From the human T2T-CHM13v2.0 reference genome, Homo sapiens, in NCBI RefSeq assembly GCF_009914755.1, contig NC_060928.1: DNA of 64,000 bases; one strand, given 5' to 3'. The notes under the pieces were generated by a model. It had not been told where the DNA came from and made no database searches. It saw nothing but the letters and a program-made list of their open reading frames with translations. The position numbers were made by a program, and so were the translations under genes. Shown piece after piece: positions 15,801 to 30,600 of the stretch. Position 1 is the stretch's first letter, and every line of letters begins with the position of its first letter.

Positions 15801-16826
15801 TTTTGGTGCTTTCATATTTTATGTACTGTATATAATACATGCTTTGGGCACTTTGATATTTTATGTACAGTATATAATACATACTTTGTGTACTCTGATA
15901 TTTTATGTACAGTGTATAATACATACTTTGGGTACTTTGATATTTTATGTACAGTATATAATACATACATTGGGTACTTTGATATATTATGTACAGTATA
16001 TAATACTTACTTGGGGTACTTTGATATTTTATGTACAGTATATAATACATAGTTTGTGTACTTTGATATTTTATGTACAGTATATAATACATACTTTGGG
16101 TACTTTGATATTTTATGTACAGTATATAATACATACTTTGGGTACTTTCATATTTCATGTACAGTTTATAATATATAGTTTGGGTACTTTGGTATATTAT
16201 GTACTGTATATAATACATTCTTTGGGTACTTTGATATTTTATGTACAGTATATAATACATACTTTGGGTACTTTGATATTTTATGTACAGTATAAAATAT
16301 ATACTTTGACTACTTTGATATTTTATGTCCAGTATAGAATATATATTTTTGGTACTTTGATATTTTATGTACAGTATATACTTTGAGTACATTGATATTT
16401 TATGTACACTTTATTATAAATGTTTGGATACTTTCATATTTTATGTACAGTATATAATACATACTTTGGGCACTTTGATATTTTATGTACAGTATACAAT
16501 ACATACTTTGGGTACTTTGATATTTTATGTACAGTATATAATACATAATTTGGGTACTTTGATATTTTATGTACAGTATATAATGCATACTTTGGGTACT
16601 TTGATGTTTTATGTACAGTATATAATACATACTTAGGGTACTTTGACATTTTATGTGCAGTACATAATACATACTTTGGATACTTTGTTATTTTAAATAC
16701 AGTATGTAATACATATTTTGGGTACTTTGATATTTTATGTACAGTATATAATACATACTTTGGTACTTTTATATTTCATGTACAGTATAAAATATATAGT
16801 TTGGGTACTTTGATATTTTATGTACA
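12810..16826 (+). repeat. Multi-kb satellite block, copy B
   Basis: Offset 4,178 from copy A and 5,385 to copy C (13238/18623, 14946/20331, 16400/21785). Confidence 0.8.
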
Positions 16827-18194
16827 GTATATAATACCTACTTTGGGTACTTTGATATTTTATGTACAGTATATAATGCATAATTTGGGTACTTCAATAG
16901 TTTATGCACAGTATATAATACATACTTTGGGTAATTTGATATTTTATGTACAGTATATAATGCATACTTTGGGTACTTTGATAGTTTATGTACAGTATAC
17001 AATACATACTTTGGGTACTTTGATATTTTATGTACAGTATATAATATGTAGTTTGGGTACTTTGATATTTTAACTACAGTATATAATACATACTTTGGGT
17101 ACTTTGATATTTTATCTACAGTATATAATAGATACTTTGGGTACTTTGATATATTATGTACAGTATATAATACATAGTTTGGTTACTTTGATATTTTTTG
17201 TACAGTATGTAAAACATACTTTGGGGAGTTTGATATTTTATGAACAGTATATAATACACATTTTGGGTACTTTGATATTTTATGTACGGTATATAATACA
17301 TACTTTGGGTACTTTGATATTTTATGTACAGTATATAATTCATACTTTGGGTACTTTGATATTTTATGTACAGTATATAATACATACATTGGGTACTTCG
17401 ATATTTTATGTGCAGTACCCTATATATAGTTTGGGTACTTTGATATTTTATGTCCAGTATAAAATAAATAGTTTTGTTACTTTGATATTTTATGTACAGT
17501 TTATAGTTTGAGTACTTTGATATTTAATGTTCAGTTTATTATAAATGTTTGGGTGCTTTCATATTTTATATACAGTATATAATACATACTTTGGGCACCT
17601 TGATATTTTATGTACAGTATATAATACATACTTTGGGTACTTTGATATTTTATGTACGGTATATAATACATACATTGGGTACTTTGATATTTTATGTACA
17701 GTATATAATATATACTTTGGGTACTTTGATATTTTATATACAGTATATAATATATATTATGTGTACTTTGATATATTCTGTGCAGTATATAATATATAGT
17801 TTGGGTTGTTTGATATTTTATGTACAGTATATAATATATAGTATGGGTAGTTTGATATTTTAAGTACAGTATGTAATATATAGTTTGTGTTATTTGATAT
17901 TTTATGTACAGTATACAATATATAGTACTGGTACTTTGATATTTCATGTAAAGTATATAGTTTGAGTACTTTGATATTTTATATACAGTTTATTATAAAT
18001 GTTTGGGTACCTTCATATTTTATGTACAGTATGTAATACATACTTTGGGAACTTTTATTTTATGTGCAGTATATAATACATACTTTGGGTACTTTGATAT
18101 TTTATGTACAGTATATAATACACACTTTGGGTACTTTGATATTTTATGTACAGTATATAATACATAGTTTGGGTATTTTGATATTTTATGTACA

Positions 18195-21100
18195 GTATAT
18201 AATACATACTTTGGGTACTTTGATATTTTATATACGGTATATAACACATACATTGGGTACTTTGATATTTTATGTACAGTATATAATATATAGTTTGGTT
18301 ACTTTGATATTTTATATACAGTATATAATATATATTATGTGTACTTTGATATATTATGTACAGTATATAATATATAGTATGGGTTGTTTGATATTATATG
18401 TACAGTATATAATATATAGTTTGGGTAGTTTGATATTTTTAGTACAGTATGTAATATATAGTTTGTTTTATTTGATATTTTATGTACAGTATACAATATA
18501 TAGTATTGGTACGTTCATATTTCATGTAAAGTATATAGTTTGAGTACTTTGATATTTTATATGCAGTTTATTATAAATGTTTTGGTACTTTCATATTTTA
18601 TGTACAGTATATAATACATACTTTGGGAACTTTTATTTTATGTGCAGTATATAATACATACTTTGGGTACTTTGATATTTCATGTACAGTATATAATACA
18701 CACTTTGGGTATTTTGATATTTTATGTACAGTATATAATACACACTTTGGGTACTTTGATATTTTATGTACAGTATATAATACATACTTTGGTACTTTTA
18801 TGTTTCATGTACAGTATATAATATATAGTTTGGGTACTTTGATATTTTATGTACAGTATATAATACATAGTTTGGGTATTTTGATATTTTATGTACAGTG
18901 TATAATACATACTTTGGGTACTTTGATATTTTATGTACAGTATGTAATATATAGTTTGGGTACTTTGATATTTTATGTGCAGTATATAACACATACTTTC
19001 GGTAGTTGGATATTTTATGTACAGTATATAATACATACTTTCGGTACTTCGATATTTGATGTACAGTATACTATATATAGATGGGTACTTTGATATTTTA
19101 TGTCGGGTATAAAATAAATAGTTTTGGTACTTAGATATTTTATGTACAGTATATAGTTTGAGTACTTTGATATTTTATGTACAGTTTGTTATAAATGGGT
19201 GCTTTCATATTTTATGTACAGTATATAATACATACTATGGGCACTTTGATATTTTATGTACAGTATATAATACATACTTTGGGTACTTTGATATTTTATG
19301 CACACTACATAATACATACTTTGGGTACTTTGATATTTTATGTACAGTATGTAATACATAATTTGGGTACTTTTATATTTTATGTATAGTATATAATACT
19401 TACTTTGGGTACTTTGATATTTTATGGACAGTGTATAATACATACTTTGGGTACTTTGATATTTTATGTACAGTATATAACATATAGTGTGGGTAATTTG
19501 ATATTTTATATACAGTATATAATACATAATTTGGGTACTTTGATATTTTATGTACAGTATATAATACATACTTTGGGTACTTTGATATTTCATGCACAGT
19601 ATACAATATATAGTTTGAGTACTTTGATATTTTATGTACTGTATAAAATATATAGTTTTGGTACTTTGATATTTTATGTACAGTATATAGTTTGAGTACT
19701 TTGATATTTTATGTACAGTTTGTTATAAATGTTTGGGTGCTTTCATATTTTATGTACAGTATATAATACATACTTTGGGCACTTTGATATCTTATGTACA
19801 GTATATAATACATACTTTGGGTTCTCTGATATTTTCTGTACAGTGTATAATACATACTTTGGGTACTTTGATATTTTATGTACAATATATAATACATACG
19901 TTGGGAACTTTGATATATTATGTACAGTATATAATACATACTTTGGGTACTTTGATATTTTATCTACAGTATACAACACATAGTTTGTATACTTTGATAT
20001 TTTATGTACAGTATATAATACATACTTTGGGTACTTTGATATTTTATGTACAGTACATAATACATACTTTGGGTATTTTCATATTTTATGTACAGTATAT
20101 AATATATAGTTTGGTTACTTTGATATTTTATCTACAGTTTATAATACATACTTTGGATACTTTGAAACTTTATGTACAGTATATAATACGTAATTTGGGT
20201 AGTTTGATATTTTATGTACAGTATACAATATATAGTTTGAGTACTTTAATATTTTATGTGCAGTATAAAATATATAGTTTTGGTACTTTCATATTTTATG
20301 TACAGTATATAGTTTGAGTACTTTGATATTTTATGTACAGTTTTTTATAAATGTTTGGGTGCTTTCATATTTTATGTACAGTATATAATACATACTAAGG
20401 GCACTTTGATATTTTATGTACAGTATATAATACATACTTTGGGTACTTTGATATTTTATGTACGTCATATAATATATAGTTTGGGTACTTTGATATTTTA
20501 TGTACGGTATATAATACATACCTTGGGTACTTTGATATTTTATGTACAGTATATAATATATAGTTTGGGTATTTTGATATTTTATGTACAGTATATAATA
20601 CATACTTTGGGTACTTTGATATTTTATGTACAGTATATAATACATACTTTGGGAACTTTGATATTTTATGTACAGTATGTAAAACATACTTTGGGTACTT
20701 TGATATTTTATGTACAGGATATAATGCATACTTTGGGTACTTTGATAGTTTATGTACAGTCTATAATACATACTTTGGGTACTTTGATATTTTATGTATA
20801 GTATAAAATATATAGTTTGGGTACTTTGATATTTTATGTACAGTATGTAAAAGATACTTTGGGGAGTTTGATATTTTATGTACAGTATGTAAAACATACT
20901 TTGGGGAGTTTGATATTTTATGAACAGTATATAATACACATTTTGTGTACTTTGATATTTTGTGTACAGTATATAATACATACTTTGGGTACTTTCATAT
21001 TTTATGTACAGTATATATTACATACTTTGGGTACTTTGATATTTTATGTACAGTATACAATATATAGTTTGAGTACTTTGATATTTTATGTACTGTATAA

Positions 21101-22211
21101 AATATATAGTTTTGGTACTTTGATATTTTATGTACAGTATATAGTTTGAGTACTTTGATATTTTATGTACAGTTTGTTATAAATATTTTGGTGCTTTCAT
21201 ATTTTATGTACTGTATATAATACATGCTTTGGGCACTTTGATATTTTATGTACAGTATATAATACATACTTTGTGTACTCTGATATTTTATGTACAGTGT
21301 ATAATACATACTTTGGGTACTTTGATATTTTATGTACAGTATATAATACATACATTGGGTACTTTGATATATTATGTACAGTATATAATACTTACTTGGG
21401 GTACTTTGATATTTTATGTACAGTATATAATACATAGTTTGTGTACTTTGATATTTTATGTACAGTATATAATACATACTTTGGGTACTTTGATATTTTA
21501 TGTACAGTATATAATACATACTTTGGGTACTTTCATATTTCATGTACAGTTTATAATATATAGTTTGGGTACTTTGGTATATTATGTACTGTATATAATA
21601 CATTCTTTGGGTACTTTGATATTTTATGTACAGTATATAATACATACTTTGGGTACTTTGATATTTTACGTACAGTATAAAATATATACTTTGACTACTT
21701 TGATATTTTATGTCCAGTATAGAATATATATTTTTGGTACTTTGATATTTTATGTACAGTATATACTTTGAGTACATTGATATTTTATGTACACTTTATT
21801 ATAAATGTTTGGATACTTTCATATTTTATGTACAGTATATAATACATACTTTGGGCACTTTGATATTTTATGTACAGTATACAATACATACTTTGGGTAC
21901 TTTGATATTTTATGTACAGTATATAATACATAATTTGGGTACTTTGATATTTTATGTACAGTATATAATGCATACTTTGGGTACTTTGATGTTTTATGTA
22001 CAGTATATAATACATACTTAGGGTACTTTGACATTTTATGTGCAGTACATAATACATACTTTGGATACTTTGTTATTTTAAATACAGTATGTAATACATA
22101 TTTTGGGTACTTTGATATTTTATGTACAGTATATAATACATACTTTGGTACTTTTATATTTCATGTACAGTATAAAATATATAGTTTGGGTACTTTGATA
22201 TTTTATGTACA
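18195..22211 (+). repeat. Multi-kb satellite block, copy C
   Basis: Offset 5,385 from copy B over about 4 kb, with shared rare variants (TTATGTTTCATG, GAAACTTT, TACGTCAT, TACATTCTTT). Confidence 0.8.
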
Positions 22212-24919
22212 CTATATAATACATAGTTTGGGTATTTTGATATTTTATGTACAGTATATAATACATACTTTGTGTACTTTGATATTTTATGTACAGTATA
22301 TAATATATAGTTTGGGTACTTTGATATTTTATGTGTAGTATATAACACATACTTTCGGTAGTTGGATATTTTATGTACAGTATATAATACATACTTTGGG
22401 TACTTCGATATTTGATGTACAGTATACTATACATAGTTTGGGTACTTTGATATTTTATGTCGGGTACAAAATAAATAGTTTTGGTACTTAGATATTTTAT
22501 GTACAGTATATAGTTTGAGTACTTTGATATTTTATGTACAGTTTATTATAAATGGGTGCTTTCATATTTTATGTACAGTATATAATACATACTATGGGCA
22601 CTTTGATATTTTATGTACAGTATATAATACATACTTTGGGTACTTTGATATTTTATGTACACTACATAATACATACTTTGGGTACTTTGATATTTTATGT
22701 ACAGTACATAATATATAGTTTGGGTACTTTGATATTTTATGTGTAGTATATAACACATACTTTCGGTACTTGGATATTTTATGTACAGTATATAATACAT
22801 AATTTGGGTACTTCCATATTTTATGTACAGTATGCTATATATAGTTTGGGTACTTTGATATTTTATGTCCAGTATAAAATAAAAAGTTTTGGTAATTCGA
22901 TATTTTATGTACAGTGTATCGTTTGAGTACTTTGATATTTAATGTACAGTTTATTGTAAATGTTCGGGTGCTTTCATATTTTATGTACAGTATATAATAC
23001 ATTCTTTGAGCACTTTGATATTTTATGTACAGTATATAATACATACTTTGGGTAATTTGATATTTTATGTACAGTATATAATACATACATTGGGTACTTT
23101 GATATTTTACGTACAGTATATAATATATAGTTAGGGTACTTTGATATTTTATATACAGTATATAATATATATTATGTGTACTTTGATATATTATGTACAG
23201 TATATAATATATAGTTTGGGTAATTTGATATTTTATGTACAGTATACAATATATAGTATTGGTACTTTGATATTTCATGTAAAGTATATAGTTTGAGTAC
23301 TTTGATATTTTATATACAATTTATTATAAATGTTTGGGTACCTTCCTATTTTATGTACAGTATATAATACATACTTTGGGAACTTTTATTTTATGTGCAG
23401 TATATAATACATACTTTGGGTAGTTTGATATTTTATGTATGGTATATAATACACACTTTGGGTACTTTGATATTTTATGTACAGTATATAATACACACTT
23501 TGGGTACTTTGATATTTTATGTACAGTATATAATACATACTTTGAGTACTTTGATATTTTATGTACAGTATATAATACATACTTTGGGTACTTTAATATT
23601 TTATGTATAGTATATAATACCTACTTTGGGTACTTTGATATTTTGTGGAAAGTATATAATACATGCTTTGGGTAAGTTGATATTTTATGTACAGTATATA
23701 ATATATAGTTTGGGTACTTTGATATTTTATATACAGTATATAATACATACTTTGGGTACTTTGATATTTTTTGTACAGTATATAAAACATACTTTGGGGA
23801 GTTTGATATTGTATGAACAGTATATAATACACATTTTGGGTACTTTGATATTTTATGTACAGTATATAATACATACTTTGGGTACTTTGATATTTTACGT
23901 GCAGTATATAATACATAGGTTGGGTACTTTGATATTTTATGTACAGTATATAATACATACATTGGGTACTTCGATATTTTATGTGCAGTACCGTATATAT
24001 AGTTTGGGTATTTTGATATTTTATGTCCAGTATAAAATAAATAGTTTTGTTACTTTGATATTTTATGTACAGTTTATAGTTTGAGTACTTTGATATTTAA
24101 TGTTCAGTTTATTATAAATGTTTGGGTGCTTTCATATTTTATATACAGTATATAATACATACTTTGGGCACCTTGATATTTTATGTACAGTATATAATAC
24201 ATACTTTGGGTACTTTGATATTTTATGTACGGTATATAATACATACATTGGGTACTTTGATATTTTATGTACAGTATATAATATATACTTTGGGTACTTT
24301 GATATTTTATATACAGTATATAATATATATTATGTGTACTTTGATATATTCTGTGCAGTATATAATATATAGTTTGGGTTGTTTGATATTTTATGTACAG
24401 TATATAATATATAGTATGGGTAGTTTGATATTTTAAGTACAGTATGTAATATATAGTTTGTGTTATTTGATATTTTATGTACAGTATACAATATATAGTA
24501 CTGGTACTTTGATATTTCATGTAAAGTATATAGTTTGAGTACTTTGATATTTTATATACAGTTTATTATAAATGTTTGGGTACCTTCATATTTTATGTAC
24601 AGTATGTAATACATACTTTGGGAACTTTTATTTTATGTGCAGTATATAATACATACTTTGGGTACTTTGATATTTTATGTACAGTATATAATACACACTT
24701 TGGGTACTTTGATATTTTATGTACAGTATATAATACACACTTTGGGTACTTTGATATTTTATGTACAGTATATAATACACACTTTGGGTACTTTGATATT
24801 TTATGTACAGTATATAATACATACTTTGGGTAATTTGATGTATTATGTACAGTATATAATACATACTTTGGGTACTTTGATATTTTATGTACAGCATATA
24901 ATACATACTTTGGGTACTT

Positions 24920-27690
24920 TGATATTTTATGTACAGTATGTAATACATAATTTGGGTACTTTTATATTTTATGTATAGTATATAATACTTACTTTGGGTA
25001 CTTTGATATTTTATGGACAGTGTATAATACATACTTTGGGTACTTTGATATTTTATGTACAGTATATAACATATAGTTTGGGTAATTTAATATTTTATAT
25101 ACAGTATATAATACATACTTTGGGTACTTTGATATTTTATGTACAGTATATAATACATACTTTGGGTACTTTGATATTTCATGCATAGTATACAATATAT
25201 AGTTTGAGTACTTTGATATTTTATGTACTGTATAAAATATATTGTTTTGGTACTTTGATATTTTATGTACAGTATATAGTTTGAGTACTTTGATATTTTA
25301 TGTACAGTTTGTTATAAATGTTTGGGTGCTTTCATATTTTATGTACAGTATATAATACATACTTTGGGCACTTTGATATCTTATGTACAGTATATAATAC
25401 ATACTTTGGGTTTTCTGATATTTTCTGTACAGTGTATAATACATACTTTGGGTACTTTGATATTTTATGTACAATATATAATACATACGTTGGGAACTTT
25501 GATATATTATGTACAGTATATAATACATACTTTGGGTACTTTGATATTTTATCTACAGTATACAACACATAGTTTGTGTACTTTGATATTTTATGTACAG
25601 TATATAATACATACTTTGGGTACTTTGATATTTTATGTACAGTACATAATACATACTTTGGGTACTTTCATATTTTATGTACAGTATATAATATATAGTT
25701 TGGTTACTTTGATATTTTATCTACAGTTTATAATACATACTTTGGATACTTTGAAACTTTATGTACAGTATATAATACGTACTTTGGGTACTTTGATATT
25801 TTATGTACCGTATACAATATATAGTTTGAGTACTTTAATATTTTATGTGCAGTATAAAATATATAGATTTGGTACTTTCATATTTTATGTACAGTATATA
25901 GTTTGAGTACTTTGATATTTTATGTACAGTTTTTTATAAATGTTTGGGTGCTTTCATATTTTATGTACAGTATATAATACATACTAAGGGCACTTTGATA
26001 TTTTATGTACAGTATATAATACATACTTTGGGTACTTTGATATTTTATGTACGTCATATAATATATAGTTTGGGTACTTTGATATTTTATGTACAGTATA
26101 TAATACATACCTTGGGTACTTTGATATTTTATGTACAGTATATAATATATAGTTTGGGTATTTTGATATTTTATGTACAGTATATAATACATACTTTGGG
26201 TACTTTGATATTTTATGTACAGTATATAATACATACTTTGGGAACTTTGATATTTTATGTACAGTATGTAAAACATGCTTTGGGTACTTTGATATTTTAT
26301 GTACAGGATATAATGCATACTTTGGGTACTTTGATAGTTTATGTACAGTCTATAATACATACTTTGGGTACTTTGATATTTTATGTATTGTATAAAATAT
26401 ATAGTTTGGGTACTTTGATATTTTATGTACAGTATGTAAAAGATACTTTGGGGAGTTTGATATTTTATGTACAGTATGTAAAACATACTTTGGGGAGTTT
26501 GATATTTTATGAACAGTATATAATACACATTTTGTGTACTTTGATATTTTGTGTACAGTATATAATACATACTTTGGGTACTTTGATATTTTATGTACAG
26601 CATATATTACATACTTTGGGTACTTTGATATTTTATGTACAGTATACAATATATAGTTTGAGTACTTTGATATTTTATGTACTGTATAAAATATATAGTT
26701 TTGGTACTTTGATATTTTATGTACAGTATATAGTTTGAGTACTTTGATATTTTATGTACAGTTTGTTATAAATATTTTGGTGCTTTCATATTTTATGTAC
26801 TGTATATAATACATGCTTTGGGCACTTTGATATTTTATGTACAGTATATAATACATACTTTGGGTACTCTGATATTTTATGTACAGTGTATAATACATAC
26901 TTTGGGTACTTTGATATTTTATGTACAGTATATAATACATACATTGGGTACTTTGATATATTATGTACAGTATATAATACTTACTTGGGGTACTTTGATA
27001 TTTTATGTACAGTATATAATACATAGTTTGTGTACTTTGATATTTTATGTACAGTATATAATACATACTTTGGGTACTTTGATATTTTATGTACAGTATA
27101 TAATACATACTTTGGGTATCTTGATATTTTATGTACAGTATATAATGCATACTTTGCGTACTTTGATATTTTATGTACAGTATATAATGCATACTTTGGG
27201 TACTTTGATATTTTATGTACAGTATGTAATACATACTTTGGGTACTTTGATATTTTATGTATAGTATATAATACATACTTTGTGTAGTTTGATATTTTAT
27301 GTACAGTATACAATATATAGTTTGAGTACTTTGTTATTTTATGTGCAGTATAAAATATATAGTTTTCGTAATTGATATTTTATGTACAGAATATAGTTTG
27401 AGTACTTTGATATTTTATGTACACTTTATTATAAACGTTTGGGTACTTTCATATTTTATGTACAGTATATAATACATACTTTGGTCTCTTTGATGTTTTA
27501 TGTACAGTATATAATACATACTTTGGGTTCTTTGATATTTTATATGCAGAATATAATGCATAGTTTTAGGTACTTTTATATTTTATGTACAGTATATAAT
27601 ACATACTTTGGGTACTTTGATATTTTATGTACAGTATATAATACATACTTTGGGTACTTTGATATTTTATGTACAGTATATAATACATAC
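24920..27690 (+). repeat. Multi-kb satellite block, copy D (partial)
   Basis: Offset 15,152 from copy A, with shared variants GAAACTTT, TACGTCAT and GTAAAAGATAC. Confidence 0.75.
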
Positions 27691-30600
27691 TTTGGGTACT
27701 TTCATATTTCATGTACAGTTTATAATATATAGTTTGGGTACTTTAGTATATTATGTACTGTATATAATACATACTTTGGGTACTTTGATATTTTATGTAC
27801 AGTATATAATACATACTTTGGGTACTTTGATATTTTATGTACAGTATAAAATATATACTTTGACTACTTTGATATTTTATGTCCAGTATAGAATATATAT
27901 TTTTGGTAGTTTGATATTTCATGTACAGTATATAGTTTGAGTACATTGATATTTTATGTACACTTTATTATAAATGTTTGGATACTTTCATATTTTATGT
28001 ACAGTATATAATACATACTTTGGGCACTTTGATATATTATGTACAGTATATAATACATAATTTGGGTACTTTGATATTTTATGTACAGTATATAATGCAT
28101 ACTTTGGGTACTTTGATGTTTTATGTACAGTATATAATACATACTTAGGGTACTTTGACATTTTATGTGCAGTACATAATACATACTTTGGATACTTTGT
28201 TATTTTAAATACAGTATGTAATACATATTTTGGGTACTTTGATATTTTATGTACAGTATATAATACATACTTTGGTACTTTTATATTTCATGTACAGTAT
28301 AAAATATATAGTTTGGGTACTTTGATATTTTATGTACAGTATATAATACATAGTTTGGGTATTTTGATATTTTATGTACAGTATATAATGCATACTTTGG
28401 GTACTTTGATATTTTATGTACAGTATATAATATATAGTTTGGGTACTTTGATATTTTATGTGTAGTATATAACACATACTTTCGGTAGTTGGATATTTTA
28501 TGTACAGTATATAATACATACTTTGGGTACTTCGATATTTGATGTACAGTATACTATACATAGTTTGGGTACTTTGATATTTTATGTCGGGTATAAAATA
28601 AATAGTTTTGGTACTTAGATATTTTATGTACAGTATATAGTTTGAGTACTTTGATATTTTATGTACAGTTTATTATAAATGGGTGCTTTCATATATTATG
28701 TACAGTATATAATACATACTATGGGCACTTTGATATTTTATGTACAGTATATAATACATACTTTGGGTACTTTGATATTTTATGTACACTACATAATACA
28801 TACTTTGGGTACTTTGATATTTTATGTACAGTACATAATATATAGTTTGGGTACTTTGATATTTTATGTGTAGTATATAACACATACTTTCGGTACTTGG
28901 ATATTTTATGTACAGTATATAATACATAATTTGGGTACTTCCATATTTTATGTACAGTATGCTATATATAGTTTGGGTACTTTGATATTTTATGTCCAGT
29001 ATAAAATAAAAAGTTTTGGTAATTCGATATTTTATGTACAGTGTATCGTTTGAGTACTTTGATATTTAATGTACAGTTTATTATAAATGTTCGGGTGCTT
29101 TCATATTTTATGTACAGTATATAATACATACTTTGAGCACTTTGATATTTTATGTACAGTATATAATACATACTTTGGGTAATTTGATATTTTATGTACA
29201 GTATATAATACATACATTGGGTACTTTGATATTTTATGTACAGTATATAATATATAGTTAGGGTACTTTGATATTTTATATACAGTATTTAATATATATT
29301 ATGAGTACTTTGATATATTATGTACAGTATATAATATATAGTTTGGGTAATTTGATATTTTATGTACAGTATACAATATATAGTATTGGTACTTTGATAT
29401 TTCATGTAAAGTATATAGTTTGAGTACTTTGATATTTTATATACAGTTTATTATAAATGTTTGGGTACCTTCCTATTTTATGTACAGTATATAATACATA
29501 CTTTGGGAACTTTTATTTTATGTGCAGTATATAATACATACTTTGGGTACTTTGATATTTTATGTATAGTATATAATACACACTTTGGGTACTTTGATAT
29601 TTTATGTACAGTATATAATACACACTTTGGGTACTTTGATATTTTATGTACAGTATATAATACATACTTTGGGAACTTTGATGTATTATGTACAGTATAT
29701 AATACATACTTTGGGTACTTTGATATTTTATGTACAGTATATAATACATACTTTGAGTACTTTGATATTTTATGTACAGTATATAATACATACTTTGGGT
29801 ACTTTAATATTTTATGTATAGTATATAATACCTACTTTGGGTACTTTGATATTTTGTGGAAAGTATATAATACATGCTTTGGGTAAGTTGATATTTTATG
29901 TACAGTATATAATATATAGTATGGGTACTTTGATATTTTATATACAGTATATAATACATACTTTGGGTACTTTGATATTTTTTGTACAGTATATAAAACA
30001 TACTTTGGGGAGTTTGATATTGTATGAACAGTATATAATACACATTTTGGGTACTTTGATATTTTATGTACAGTATATAATACATACTTTGGGTACTTGG
30101 ATATTTTACGTGCAGTATATAATACATAGGTTGGGTACTTTGATATTTTATGTACAGTATATAATACATATATTGGGTACTTCGATATTTTATGTGCAGT
30201 ACCGTATATATAGTTTGGGTATTTTGATATTTTATGTCCAGTATAAAATAAATAGTTTTGTTACTTTGATATTTTATGTACAGTTTATAGTTTGAGTACT
30301 TTGATATTTAATGTTCAGTTTATTATAAATGTTTGGGTGCTTTCATATTTTATATACAGTATATAATACATACTTTGGGCACCTTGATATTTTATGTACA
30401 GTATATAATACATACTTCGGGTACTTTGATATTTTATGTACGGTATATAATACATACATTGGGTACTTTGATATTTTATGTACAGTATATAATATATACT
30501 TTGGGTACTTTGATATTTTATATACAGTATATAATATATATTATGTGTACTTTGATATATTCTGTGCAGTATATAATATATAGTTTGGGTTGTTTGATAT

